From contig CBDDCK010000005.1 in the NCBI GenBank assembly GCA_965225855.1, positions 672,001-736,000 of the forward strand: a DNA stretch of 64,000 bases, in the 5' to 3' direction. The stretch is from Spirochaetia bacterium (lineage in GTDB: Bacteria; Spirochaetota; Spirochaetia; SP-2023). The notes under the pieces are model-generated. The model was not told the origin of the DNA. It did not search any database and saw nothing but the letters and a program-made list of their open reading frames with translations. Below, in pieces: positions 50,483 to 60,825 of the stretch. Numbering within the stretch: the first letter of the stretch is position 1; each line of letters starts with the position of its first letter. Position numbers and translations under genes: made by a program.

Positions 50483-50565
50483 CAACCAAACCATTGCATT
50501 GACTTTTTTAGCAAAAGTTTCGGCTAAGCCTTGACTTTGTTTATGCTTTAGGCTATATTGGGCTA

Positions 50566-51156
50566 ATGAATAATTTAGCCGAACACCATGACCAAGCCTT
50601 GATACAAGACCTAATCGAAAACCTACTAAAAGAAAATTTAGCTAAGGAAGTGCAGCGCCAACTACAAGACCAATTGGCGCAGCAACCATTGCCAGCACCC
50701 GCTAGAGCCGAAAAGCCCAATTATGGGCCCGAACTACTAGAACGCATGGTGCGGGTAGAAGAAGAGCTCAAGCACCAAAGAGAGCTGCTGCAACAAAACC
50801 AAGAAGTGCTTAAAACCTTTATGCAGCAAATGGACAAGCGCTTTGAACAAGTCGACAAGCGTTTTGAGCAAGTCGACAAGCGCTTTGAAGCTATGCAGCA
50901 AAGTATCGATAAGCGCTTTGAAGCTATGCAGCAAAGTATTGATAAGCGCTTTGAACAAGTGGATAAACGCTTTGAGCAAATGGACAAGCGTTTTGAAGCT
51001 ATGCAACAAAGTATTGACAAGCGCTTTGAAGTTATGCAACAAAACATGGACAAACGCTTTGAACAAGTGGATAAAAGGTTTTTGATGTTGCAATGGTTTA
51101 TAGGAACAGGCATTGGCCTAGTTATCGGTATCTTGGGCTTGCTTAAATTGATGTAA
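50566..51156 (+). CDS. Bdr-like coiled-coil protein with (V/I)DKRFE repeats and a C-terminal TM anchor
   Basis: Interleaved 7- and 11-aa repeats QVDKRFE / AMQQSIDKRFE; hydrophobic C-terminus. Confidence 0.82.
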   Translation: MNNLAEHHDQALIQDLIENLLKENLAKEVQRQLQDQLAQQPLPAPARAEKPNYGPELLERMVRVEEELKHQRELLQQNQEVLKTFMQQMDKRFEQVDKRFEQVDKRFEAMQQSIDKRFEAMQQSIDKRFEQVDKRFEQMDKRFEAMQQSIDKRFEVMQQNMDKRFEQVDKRFLMLQWFIGTGIGLVIGILGLLKLM

Positions 51157-51185
51157 GCCCAAGCCTTGCTTGACTTTTTTGGGGT

Positions 51186-51335
51186 AATCTGGTATCAACC
51201 CACTACTAAGCAGGTAGTGGGTTGATACCAGATTGGTTTGTTGATACTACCCGCTTGGTAGTGAAATAATTCCCTTTATGGGAATCTAATTTTTAGAATC
51301 TACTGCTTTATTTACCCTTTTTTTGGGGGTATTGT
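51186..51335. repeat. Palindromic ~150-bp element, copy 2
   Basis: 21-bp perfect IR AATCTGGTATCAACCCACTAC..GTAGTGGGTTGATACCAGATT plus two short hairpins. Confidence 0.82.
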
Positions 51336-51432
51336 AAGAAGGTAGATGAGTCGACTAAATCATTTGGAAAGTTTTTTTAAGCATATATTCTCCCTTATGA
51401 AGCGAAGTGAAGAACGATATGTAAGAATGCTG

Positions 51433-52722
51433 TTAGCGTATATTCAAAATGGCATCTTGTTTTGCTCGCAGTTGTACAATACAAGATGTTAATTGCAGCT
51501 CTACATCTTCATAAGTGATTGGCTGGTTTATGTCGATAGGTTTTTGTACAGTGGCCATACTAGCAAGGCCTAGAGGCAATAGCCCAGAACTATTTTTACA
51601 AGTATCAATCGAGCCATAGTAATTATATCCTCCGATCTCTCCAAGCTTTGTTCCCTGTTTTAAATTACGTTTTGCTAAAGTTAAGGCTTCATTGATGGGT
51701 GCTTGTTCGCTTGCTAAGCTTGTTTGGCCGTGTAAAACGCAGCGTAAAATACTGATAGGTGTTTCCAAACTGACTAAATGGTAGGGCCGATATAAAGCAT
51801 AATAGGGCCCATCTCCTAGTGCTAGATATTGAAAATCTAACAACAATTTGGGGTGGTCTACCTTAATAACAATAAAAATGCCGGGGGCAATACCGTAGGC
51901 ATAGTCTAAAATCTTTTCTTGCTTGAGAACCCCTCCATACTCTGTAGGGCAGTATACTTTAGCAATTGTTTGGGCAGTTACTTCATGGCCTTCCATGCCG
52001 CGTTGTGCTGGTGTGTAACCGATGGCATTGCCCAAGCTACACATTTCTACCATAGTTTTCGAGCCATCGACAAAGGAAGTGAGCATAGTTGGGTTCATGC
52101 GGAATCGCTTAGCTTTTGCCTGTATAGATAGGTCTTCGGCAGTCGCATGGCAAAATACACGGTTATTTTTGCCTTTACCAGCGCATATTACTTCAAAGCC
52201 TAGCGTTTGGGCAAAATCGTAGAGCTCCATAATAGAGCCAGGTTCATCGCCACTGGAAAGGGTATATACAACCCCAGCTTCTTGTGCTTTTTGCCGCAAA
52301 ATATAACCCACCGTTGCATCGGTTTCGACATTCATCTGCACAATGTGTTTGCGATTCTCAATCGCAAGCAAAGCCGTTTTCGCCCCTATTTCAGGAATAC
52401 CTGTTGCTTCGACAATAACATCCAGTTGCCCTATTGTACAAAGGGCTTCTAAGCTGGAGATAATGGCGCGCTTCCCTTCCGCTATTGCTTGGCTTGCTGT
52501 GGTATCATTATAGCAGCATTTTAACTGGGCGGTGTTGATACCGGCTGATTCAAATGCAGCCACACAAGAACTAAGGCGTTTGGAAAAGACGGCTGAAATT
52601 TTTAAGCAACCAATACGCTCACATTGGCAAATAAGACCTTCCCCCATTTGCCCTGTACCCACTAACCCTATCTGGATTGTACGCTCTTGCTTTTGCAGTG
52701 AACGTATGTCTTGTAAAAACAT
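51433..52722 (-). CDS. Homoserine dehydrogenase-like NAD(P)-dependent oxidoreductase with C-terminal SAF domain
   Basis: GLVGTGQMG, NVETDATVG, GDEPG, AGKGKNN, SFVDGSK, YRPYHL, AKRNL SAF. Confidence 0.85.
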   Translation of the reverse strand: MFLQDIRSLQKQERTIQIGLVGTGQMGEGLICQCERIGCLKISAVFSKRLSSCVAAFESAGINTAQLKCCYNDTTASQAIAEGKRAIISSLEALCTIGQLDVIVEATGIPEIGAKTALLAIENRKHIVQMNVETDATVGYILRQKAQEAGVVYTLSSGDEPGSIMELYDFAQTLGFEVICAGKGKNNRVFCHATAEDLSIQAKAKRFRMNPTMLTSFVDGSKTMVEMCSLGNAIGYTPAQRGMEGHEVTAQTIAKVYCPTEYGGVLKQEKILDYAYGIAPGIFIVIKVDHPKLLLDFQYLALGDGPYYALYRPYHLVSLETPISILRCVLHGQTSLASEQAPINEALTLAKRNLKQGTKLGEIGGYNYYGSIDTCKNSSGLLPLGLASMATVQKPIDINQPITYEDVELQLTSCIVQLRAKQDAILNIR

Positions 52723-52879
52723 ATAAGCCTTATTGTAAGAGTCAATTCAGAATTAGAACCAGAGTATATTAGAAAGCTTGAATATTCAGCAATAGATAGC
52801 AAGCATAAAAATTTTTAGGTCATAAGCAAAAAGCACAGTATTTAGCTGAACAAAATACAGTAGGTACCTATATTTTTCC

Positions 52880-53043
52880 ATATCGTTGGGAATAGTGTTT
52901 GGTCATCGTACCAAGTCCCCTGTAGATTGGTTCCCTTCAAGTCAGCTTCTCCTAAATTAGTTCCCAACGAAGTGGGCACCTTTTCAGTTTGCTTCCCGTA
53001 GGTTGGCCCATTTAAAGTAGGCTTTCTCTAAATTTATTGCCAT
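52880..53043 (-). pseudogene. Frameshifted pentapeptide-repeat gene remnant
   Basis: Across frames: INLEKAYFKWANLREAN / KGAHFVG / TNLGEADLKGTNLQGTWYDDQTLFP. Confidence 0.7.
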
Positions 53044-53280
53044 TACATTAACCTTCTTGTATTCTGGTTAAATCGTGTTGTAAGAACTGAACTAAGTTTA
53101 CATGATCGTTGTCGGTAAATACCTTTTGCAAATTCTATCAGCATCATCTACTCCTCTTTTTAATTTTTATGGGTAAACATAGGGCCAGAATATAGCATAG
53201 CCCCTATGTAAAGTAAAGTTTATTTTATCGTGTTATTTATATTGGATATATTTCTTTACTGTCCAATCTTTTCATCAAGC

Positions 53281-54279
53281 CTATGAATATGTTGTTTTTT
53301 GTAGCAATTGTCGTAGCCGTTTACCTTCGGAGTTGAGCTGTAAACCATCGTATTGATTATCGAATAAAATAGGCGGTATAAGCAATGGTGCCCAAGGGTT
53401 GGGCGGCAGCAAAAAGCCTTTTTCTAAACCTGCTTGCCACAGTCGGCTATATGCTGTATAGCTGGTTTGAGTTGTTTGCCAATACAAATAGATACCATCT
53501 AATTGCCACCTACCTTGCCATGCTCTTTGTAAAAGACTTGGCTGTGTTTCTGGAGAATTAGAGCAGGCTAGAAAGCCAATCAGCTTAGAACCTAATTCGA
53601 CAAGACGGATTCGCTCTTGGCTTTGCTGCAGTAGGCTTTCGGTTTGGCCCAATGCCAGAATAAGGGTTTCTAACTGTAAGGGGCTACATACATCGGAAGA
53701 GGGTAGGTCAGGGCCAGTAAAATGCAGCACTAAATACGGTAAAGGTAGGCTCGATAGGGCGGGGATCATTAAGCTATAGCTGGTTTGCCGTTTTTGACCT
53801 TCTTGCGATAACGGCCGCCATAGGGAAAGATTGCCACTCTTACGGCAGCGCAATAGCTCTGGCATGGAAAACTGGAGCGGGCTCATTGTTTGGTTGTTTA
53901 CACCGAGGATATCTAAACTATGGTATAAGCCAAAGCCTTTTATGGCAGGGAATAATCGCTTCAGCAGCCTGTTGAGCCTTCCTGCTTTGCTGCTGGGCAA
54001 GGCAGCGTATAAAGAGCGTGCCATAGTGTTTTTTAGCCGATTGCCAACCCCTGCTGGGCGGTAGCCGTTTAGGGCTTGGCCCGCATCTAAATACAGGTCG
54101 CAGAGTCGAGAAATCTGGCCTTTCTTCCGAGGTGCGGTGTGGACGCTAGCTAGGCGGTCAAAATATAAGTAGTAGCCACGGGCGCGTCTGAGCCGTGCTT
54201 GTGCCAATTGCTTGCGGCAATGTTCTAGGTGGCTTGTCCATTCTCTGTGATAGACAGCCCAATATTGGGAAGAAAGCAT
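53281..54279 (-). CDS. Hypothetical protein with a degenerate class-III aminotransferase-like N-terminus
   Basis: RARGYYLY..RLCDLYLDAGQALNGYRP; co-oriented right after dapA. Confidence 0.55.
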   Translation of the reverse strand: MLSSQYWAVYHREWTSHLEHCRKQLAQARLRRARGYYLYFDRLASVHTAPRKKGQISRLCDLYLDAGQALNGYRPAGVGNRLKNTMARSLYAALPSSKAGRLNRLLKRLFPAIKGFGLYHSLDILGVNNQTMSPLQFSMPELLRCRKSGNLSLWRPLSQEGQKRQTSYSLMIPALSSLPLPYLVLHFTGPDLPSSDVCSPLQLETLILALGQTESLLQQSQERIRLVELGSKLIGFLACSNSPETQPSLLQRAWQGRWQLDGIYLYWQTTQTSYTAYSRLWQAGLEKGFLLPPNPWAPLLIPPILFDNQYDGLQLNSEGKRLRQLLQKTTYS

Positions 54280-54293
54280 TGAATCATTACTGC

Positions 54294-55238
54294 CTAGTTT
54301 TTATTTATGCTTTGCTTCGCAATTGGGGCTTCACAATTACGCAGGGTCTTTAACAGCAAGTCCTGCTCGGGCTTAGCTAGTGGCCACATGGGGGGCCTTA
54401 CGTGTTGGCCAATTTGGTTTTCCAAGTACAGCAAGGTTTTTACTGCCAAAGGGTTGTTGCCTATGCTTAGCAAAGCGCGCATTAAATCCAGCCACTGGAA
54501 ATGTAGGGGCACTGCTGTTGCAATGTCCTTGCGCGCCAAGGCATTCACAAGCTCTCGCATGGCCTTGGGGCGTAAATTGCTTAGTACTGAAACCGCACCA
54601 TCGCCACCCAATAGCATGAGGTGGAAGGCTAAAGCATCATCGCCACTAAGTACGGCAAAATCGCTAGGCGTCTGGCGGATTACATCGCTAATCTGGTCTA
54701 AATCGCTGCTGGCTTCTTTTACCCCTTGGATGTTGGGGCAGGCTTCGATTAAACGCAGTAAGGTTACTGTCTCTAAGTTTACCCCGGTGCGGCCTTTAAT
54801 ATTGTAGAGTAGTATGGGGCGTTGGGTGGTCCCTGCCAAACGGCTAAAGTGGTGGAATAAGCCTTCTTGCGTGGGTTTATTGTAGTAGGGGTTTACAATC
54901 ATCATTGCATCTACGTCCAAGCGGTCGCACATGCGGGTTTCTTGTTCGGCAAAAGCCGTGTCGTTGCTGCCTGTTCCGATAATTACTTGGCACTGGGTAC
55001 CTCGGGTTTGCTCTCGCACGAAAGATACTAGGCTCTCCATTTCCTTATCATAAATCACTGGGCTTTCGCCCGTGGTGCCCATCACCACTAGGCCATCTAC
55101 TTTAGCTTCTAGCTGCTGGGCTAGCAAGCATTCTAAAGCATTATAGTCAATTTGGTTGTCATCGGTAAAAGGGGTTACCAAGGCGGTGTACAAGCCTTGA
55201 TAAAACTTTGTTTGTTTGGTTTGTGTTGTATTCATCAA
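54294..55238 (-). CDS. dapA: 4-hydroxy-tetrahydrodipicolinate synthase
   Basis: ALVTPF, GTTGES, PYYNKPTQEG, LYNI, GVKEAS, LSGDD. Confidence 0.95.
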   Translation of the reverse strand: MMNTTQTKQTKFYQGLYTALVTPFTDDNQIDYNALECLLAQQLEAKVDGLVVMGTTGESPVIYDKEMESLVSFVREQTRGTQCQVIIGTGSNDTAFAEQETRMCDRLDVDAMMIVNPYYNKPTQEGLFHHFSRLAGTTQRPILLYNIKGRTGVNLETVTLLRLIEACPNIQGVKEASSDLDQISDVIRQTPSDFAVLSGDDALAFHLMLLGGDGAVSVLSNLRPKAMRELVNALARKDIATAVPLHFQWLDLMRALLSIGNNPLAVKTLLYLENQIGQHVRPPMWPLAKPEQDLLLKTLRNCEAPIAKQSINKN

Positions 55239-55643
55239 GATACCTCCAGAGTGGCTATAGCCCTAATTTGCCAAAAAACCATGCATTGATAGTAGGCTGC
55301 CAGTATAAACAGATTATGTGCTTCGTCTAGTGGGGGAGTCGTTTCACAAAATCTCTATGTTATATTATAACTTTTCTGCTTGCTTTATATTACCCTTTAG
55401 GCATAATGCAGCCAGCCTTTTTTAAGTGTATTATCATTGCCTTAGTGCCAACCATTTTGCAGCTGCTTGATAAGGCTGTTGGGATAGCTGTTGCTATGGG
55501 TCTTATTGTGGTTCCATTTACTTTGTTCTAAAAGCAAGTGTTTCTTTTGAGCACCTTTCCCGGTTTTGTTATAGACTAAGGACTTAATTCAATTTATAGT
55601 AGGCGTACTACAACAATCAGCACAAGTTTAGAAAGGACATAAC

Positions 55644-56597
55644 TTGCTGGAAATCTTTATTATTGGCTGTGGTGGTAGCTTACCACTGCCACACCGCCAT
55701 TTATCTTCCATTATGGTGCGACGCAACGGCCAGTGCTTTTTGTTTGACTGTGGCGAGGGCACCCAAGTTTCGCTCAAAAAGCAGGGCCTGCGTTGGAAAA
55801 ACATTTCTCACATGTTTATCTCCCATATCCATGCCGACCATGTTACTGGCATTCCTGGCTTACTGATGCTCTCTTCCCAAGTGCAGCGTGTAGAGCCTCT
55901 TTACATTATGGCCCCCAAAGGGGTCTGTAATTTTGTTACCAGCATTTGTAAGAGCCTCAAAATTTATATCAATTACCCCTTTCAGTTAGAACCTATTCTC
56001 TACCGACAAGGGCTTCAATGCCTGTATGAAGATGAAGAGCTACAAATATCTTGCTTTCCTTTAGTCCATACCCAACCAACGGTTGGCTTTTTAGTGGAAG
56101 AAAAGCAACGCCCGGGCGTGTTTTCGCCCGAAGCAGCTAAAGCTTTGGAGGTGGCTTGCGGCCCATTGTGGGGTTCCTTACAGCGAGGCAAACCTGTTAC
56201 TAACCAACGTGGCGAGCAGGTAATGCCCGAACAAGTGTTGGGCGACCCTCGGCCGGGTGTGCGCTTGGCTTTTATGACTGATACACTCTACCATCAAAGT
56301 GTAAGCCAATATATCCGAGGAGTGGACTTATTGATATGTGAGGGTATGTTTGAACAAGTACTTAGTGAAAATGCCCACCAGAAAAAACACTTAACCGCCC
56401 AACAGGCTGCTTGGATTGCCAAAGATGCCAGAGCCAAACAATTGGCTCTAACACACTTTAGCCCACGCTATTTAAATCGCGAGCTCAAGGTGTTACTACA
56501 GGAAGCACAACAAGTCTTCCCCAATACGATCTTGTGCCAAGACGGTTTGAGTTTGGAGCTACAAGGCTCAGCTGATACTAGCGCGCTACCTAAATAA
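55644..56597 (+). CDS. rnz: Ribonuclease Z
   Basis: FDCGEGTQ, SHIHADHVTG, GP exosite arm, THFSPRY. Confidence 0.93.
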   Translation: MLEIFIIGCGGSLPLPHRHLSSIMVRRNGQCFLFDCGEGTQVSLKKQGLRWKNISHMFISHIHADHVTGIPGLLMLSSQVQRVEPLYIMAPKGVCNFVTSICKSLKIYINYPFQLEPILYRQGLQCLYEDEELQISCFPLVHTQPTVGFLVEEKQRPGVFSPEAAKALEVACGPLWGSLQRGKPVTNQRGEQVMPEQVLGDPRPGVRLAFMTDTLYHQSVSQYIRGVDLLICEGMFEQVLSENAHQKKHLTAQQAAWIAKDARAKQLALTHFSPRYLNRELKVLLQEAQQVFPNTILCQDGLSLELQGSADTSALPK

Positions 56598-56625
56598 ATT
56601 CCACGTTAAAAGGTAAATATATTTT

Positions 56626-56775
56626 AAGCTAAGAAAGTAAACATTTACTAGCTTTAAAAGAATATCTTTCAATCTAGGAAATCAACACTTATTAGCTTGG
56701 GAAGTGAATACTTCCTAGCTTGGGAAGTGAAAAACTACTAGGTCGGTATTAGATAAACTACTAGAGCTAAAGAAA
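56626..56775. repeat. About 6-7 degenerate 22-23-bp tandem repeats
   Basis: Units at 56626, 56649, 56671, 56693, 56716, 56739, 56762; best two share TAGCTTGGGAAGTGAA. Confidence 0.65.
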
Positions 56776-56777
56776 AA

Positions 56778-58151
56778 TCAATCTTGAGCTATTTTATCTT
56801 CATAAATGCTTTGGAACAGTTTTAAATTGCGTTCTGCGGTGTAATGGCTTTCAAAACTAGCTCTAGCCGCATGGCACATTTGCTGGTATTGTTCTGTAGT
56901 CATGCAAGTGGCGTCTTGAATGGCTGTGCTTAGGTATTGGGCAAGAGTTTGGTGCGAATGGGTTTGGGTCAAGTCTAGCTCATGTTCTGCGTGCAAGTTG
57001 CTAAAGAATGGTAGGAGTATGCCGTTGACGTTGTTCGTCAGCATTTCAGCACAAGCCCCTAAACGGAAGCTAATTACTGGCCTGCCTATGGCCAAACTCT
57101 CCACCAGTACCATAGGCATACCTTCATACCAAATAGATGGAAATACTAAGAAATGGCTTCCCTTTATAGCTTTATACATCTGCTCATAATCCAAATAGCC
57201 TAAATGCTGTATGCATAGTTTCAGCATAGGGGGCTTGTGTCTCTGCTCTTGTTCAAAGGCTGTAATCAAGCCTTTTAGCTCTTGTTCCAGCGGGCCTGAA
57301 CCTGCGATACCTATTTCTATGCGCCGTTTGCTAGCTAATCCTATAGGGTAAGTAGCTTGTTGCAAATTTTGTATGGCAGCTAATAAAATCCGTAAGCCCT
57401 TTTCCTCACTCAAACGTCCTATAAACATTAGACGCAAGCTGTCAGTCAAGCTTTGAGGCGGGCTAAATGCCCAATGGTCAAAGAGAAAGTTGGGTTTATA
57501 GACAAACTTTTCTGCAGGGAAGCCCACTTGGGTTAGTAGCTTCTTGTGTGTTGTGTTTAAATAGACAAATTTGTCTATATTCTTGTGCCAAGTACCTAAC
57601 TTTTTATGTAGCATAAGCATCAATACAGTTGCCACTGTCATAGCTAAGCTGCCTTGGTAACAGCGCGATCGTATGGCGGGCCAGAAGTGACCTACAGAAA
57701 AGCAACGCTGGCACAATGTAGCAACACGGCTTGTATGATTGCGGCCGTTTGGCCGCATTAAACACGCTTGAGGGCAATGCAAGCGGAAGTTATGTATGGT
57801 CATCACAATACGAAAGCCTTTATGGCAACTTTTCCAGCGGCCCAGAGTAATAAATACCGCTGGTGAAAACAATAAAAAGGTATTGTGGACATGTACTATA
57901 TCGGGCCCATGTTGTTGCAAGAATAGCTGCAGTTCTCTACAAAAGCTGCGGTTCCACACCATCTTTAAGAATTGCCGAAAGCGATTGAGTGATAGAAGTT
58001 CGGCATTGGAGCCAATAAACGATAGTACTTCATAATGCCTTGCGAGCAGCGTTTTCTCCTCTGCTACAACTTTGTCTTCACCGCCTTTTTGTAGGTATTC
58101 ACAATGCAGTAGCAAAACTTTCTTTTTAGCCTGAATCAAGTTTGTATCCAC
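56778..58151 (-). CDS. Glycosyltransferase family 4
   Basis: GGED, HVHN, FIGRLSEEKG, PSIWYEGMPMVLVES. Confidence 0.9.
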   Translation of the reverse strand: MDTNLIQAKKKVLLLHCEYLQKGGEDKVVAEEKTLLARHYEVLSFIGSNAELLSLNRFRQFLKMVWNRSFCRELQLFLQQHGPDIVHVHNTFLLFSPAVFITLGRWKSCHKGFRIVMTIHNFRLHCPQACLMRPNGRNHTSRVATLCQRCFSVGHFWPAIRSRCYQGSLAMTVATVLMLMLHKKLGTWHKNIDKFVYLNTTHKKLLTQVGFPAEKFVYKPNFLFDHWAFSPPQSLTDSLRLMFIGRLSEEKGLRILLAAIQNLQQATYPIGLASKRRIEIGIAGSGPLEQELKGLITAFEQEQRHKPPMLKLCIQHLGYLDYEQMYKAIKGSHFLVFPSIWYEGMPMVLVESLAIGRPVISFRLGACAEMLTNNVNGILLPFFSNLHAEHELDLTQTHSHQTLAQYLSTAIQDATCMTTEQYQQMCHAARASFESHYTAERNLKLFQSIYEDKIAQD

Positions 58152-58263
58152 CTTTGTCTGTAAGTACTGTATTCCAACATTTTTTGAATATTATATTGGT
58201 TATAGACAGTGGCATTAGCCCATTTCTGGACGAAAATTATTGTTCTTGTTATAATCCTTTAGT

Positions 58264-59328
58264 ATGCTAAGACAATGTTATACCGATGAAGTTGATAATG
58301 TTCATATCTTGCGAAGCAAGAGGTTAAAGCCTCCTAGTGAATATAGGCTTGAGGCTCCGGCCGATCCTAAATTGCTAGACCATGTTGTTCGCAGCCGCAA
58401 AACTATTGTTCGTTTGCTCAATCGTGTGGATGAACGCTTAATGTTTATCGTTGGGCCTTGTTCCATTCATGATTATGATTTGGCAATGGACTACGCCCAG
58501 AGGTTAAAGACATTATCTGATGAAGTGGCTGAATATATTTTCATTGTGATGCGGGTCTACTTTGAGAAGCCCCGCACGATTAAAGGTTGGCGAGGTTTGA
58601 TTATAGACCCGCATTTAGATGGCTCGAATAATATGGAAGATGGTCTGCTTCTAGCACGCAAGATTCTTTTGGATATTAATCGAATGGGCCTGCCTGCGGC
58701 TACAGAAGTATTAGATCCAATTGTACCACAGTTTATCAGTGATTTGATTTCTTGGGCGGCCATTGGTGCACGCACCACGGAATCACAAGTGCACCGAGAA
58801 TTGACCAGTGGCTTATCTATGCCAGTTGGTTTTAAAAATACTACAGATGGTTCTTTTGTCAATTCCCTCAACGGCATAGAGGCTGCATTGTCTGGCCATA
58901 CTTTTTTGGGCCTTGATCATGAAGGCAACCTTTGCCTGATGGAAAGTACGGGTAATAAAAATACCCACTTAATTTTGCGTGGTGGCAGCTCTGGTCCGAA
59001 TTATGATTCAGAAATAATTCAGCAAATTACTTTAGATATGGAAAATCGTAATTTACCTAGCTCTATCATTGTCGATTGCAGTCATGCCAATTCCAATAAA
59101 GATTTTTCTAAGCAACCCGATGTGTGCCGCAATGTGGTAGAACAGGTTGTTCAAGGCCAAAAATCCATACGGGGAGTTATGCTGGAAAGTAATATCCACA
59201 ACGGGCGTCAGGATTTTACTTCACAGGATAGTCTAAAATACGGTGTTTCGCTGACTGATGGCTGCATTGATTGGGATTGTACAGAACAATTGATCCGAGA
59301 TGTTTTCGATATACTTTCTAACCAGTGA
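58264..59328 (+). CDS. DAHP synthase class I (AroF/G/H family)
   Basis: GPCSIHD, RVYFEKPRT, IGARTTESQ, DCSHANS, SLTDGC. Confidence 0.95.
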   Translation: MLRQCYTDEVDNVHILRSKRLKPPSEYRLEAPADPKLLDHVVRSRKTIVRLLNRVDERLMFIVGPCSIHDYDLAMDYAQRLKTLSDEVAEYIFIVMRVYFEKPRTIKGWRGLIIDPHLDGSNNMEDGLLLARKILLDINRMGLPAATEVLDPIVPQFISDLISWAAIGARTTESQVHRELTSGLSMPVGFKNTTDGSFVNSLNGIEAALSGHTFLGLDHEGNLCLMESTGNKNTHLILRGGSSGPNYDSEIIQQITLDMENRNLPSSIIVDCSHANSNKDFSKQPDVCRNVVEQVVQGQKSIRGVMLESNIHNGRQDFTSQDSLKYGVSLTDGCIDWDCTEQLIRDVFDILSNQ

Positions 59329-59334
59329 GATTTT

Positions 59335-60825
59335 TTACAACTTATCTGAATTCTTTTGTTTAAAAGGTGCTACTATATATTCATAGGGTGCCTTTATTCG
59401 GCTCAGATGAATATATTCGTTTTGATATTTGTTTTCCAAGTAACCGTTGTCGCGCTCTACCCCAGTATCCATAACAACCAACTTAAAGATGCCGTTTTGG
59501 TCAAAATAGGGAAATAGCGCAACTTCGTGGTAGTATTGGTGCAAAGAAGGTAAGGGCGGCTCACCAAAATCACCATTAATCGCTCCCAAGTAAAAAGTCC
59601 CTGGGTTTTGAATAGCCAGCAAATACATCATTGCATTGAGGTCGGTGATAGGGTAGCCCACATTTTTTAAGTAATTAAAAAAGGGGATTTTTTGTACATC
59701 GCCTGTATAAGGTGCTAAAGGACGCTCCATTTCCAATTCTAATAATTTTTGGGCTATGGCTCTAGCCCAATCCAAGCCAAAATATGGGTCGCGAACAGAT
59801 TCTTTAGCAGAATTCCATGGATTTTCTGCACCCCGAATTTCAATTTGATGCTGTTTTAATACTTCTATATCGAGATACATTTGTTCATCAAGCCATTCTT
59901 TGCGGCTGCGATAAACACCATCGGCAACCCATTTGATAAAACCAGAACAATTAAAACCAGGTTTTTTCAAAGGTTTGCCTGTTTCAATACGCACAAAATT
60001 GCCATTGATATCCATTGCCCCATCATAGACTTCCGAAATGTTGTCTAAATATGGCCGCAACCGGTTGGGGATTTGTTCTACTAATCGCCATTCAAGAAGA
60101 GTGGGATTACTCAATAAATTATCCCACTGTATATACCTATTCGTCATTTCTAAAAATTGGCGAAAAGGCATGGTCAAAATACTATCAAAAGTAATCGAAA
60201 TAGGAGTTCGAGAATAAATTTCGCGGTTAAAAACCACAACCTCAATTTCCGAATAGCCATTATTTGTGGGAAAAATGCGAATAAAATTTTCTGCATTTCC
60301 AATGTTCTCATTTAGGAAAATTTTAATTTGGTCAATACGATTTTTTCGGGTATCGCGGCGAATGGAATAGCTACCACGGCTACTTATAGGATAATCAATC
60401 TTTCCATTATCTTGGTATGTACGATTGAGAAAAACATAATATAATTTATTGGGCTGATCATTTTTCAAGCGTATGGAAAACAACACAGGCATATTCCCAT
60501 CACGCTGATTATAAATATTGGGCGGTATTTTTAACGCTTCTGTGTAGGGGAGATAAAATAATTCTTTTAAGCGGATTCGTACATCCGTATTTTCCCTAAG
60601 ATGGTAATTGCTTTTTTGGGCATTTAAATGGGAATTTTGGTAAAATAATCTATTTGTACGCAATAGCTTATGGTTATTTTCTGTATCTAGAGAATATAGC
60701 CAATTCCCATGAAACAGTAATAGTGAAACGAAGAAAAGCCAAAAAGCCAAAACCATAGGATTATTTTGGCTTTTTGTTTTTTTTACGAGTGATTGCCACG
60801 CCAACATCATAAGTTTATTTTGCAT
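59335..60825 (-). CDS. Hypothetical exported protein
   Basis: 496-aa ORF with N-terminal hydrophobic segment; GFNCSGF motif reminiscent of NlpC/P60-like papain folds. Confidence 0.6.
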   Translation of the reverse strand: MQNKLMMLAWQSLVKKTKSQNNPMVLAFWLFFVSLLLFHGNWLYSLDTENNHKLLRTNRLFYQNSHLNAQKSNYHLRENTDVRIRLKELFYLPYTEALKIPPNIYNQRDGNMPVLFSIRLKNDQPNKLYYVFLNRTYQDNGKIDYPISSRGSYSIRRDTRKNRIDQIKIFLNENIGNAENFIRIFPTNNGYSEIEVVVFNREIYSRTPISITFDSILTMPFRQFLEMTNRYIQWDNLLSNPTLLEWRLVEQIPNRLRPYLDNISEVYDGAMDINGNFVRIETGKPLKKPGFNCSGFIKWVADGVYRSRKEWLDEQMYLDIEVLKQHQIEIRGAENPWNSAKESVRDPYFGLDWARAIAQKLLELEMERPLAPYTGDVQKIPFFNYLKNVGYPITDLNAMMYLLAIQNPGTFYLGAINGDFGEPPLPSLHQYYHEVALFPYFDQNGIFKLVVMDTGVERDNGYLENKYQNEYIHLSRIKAPYEYIVAPFKQKNSDKL

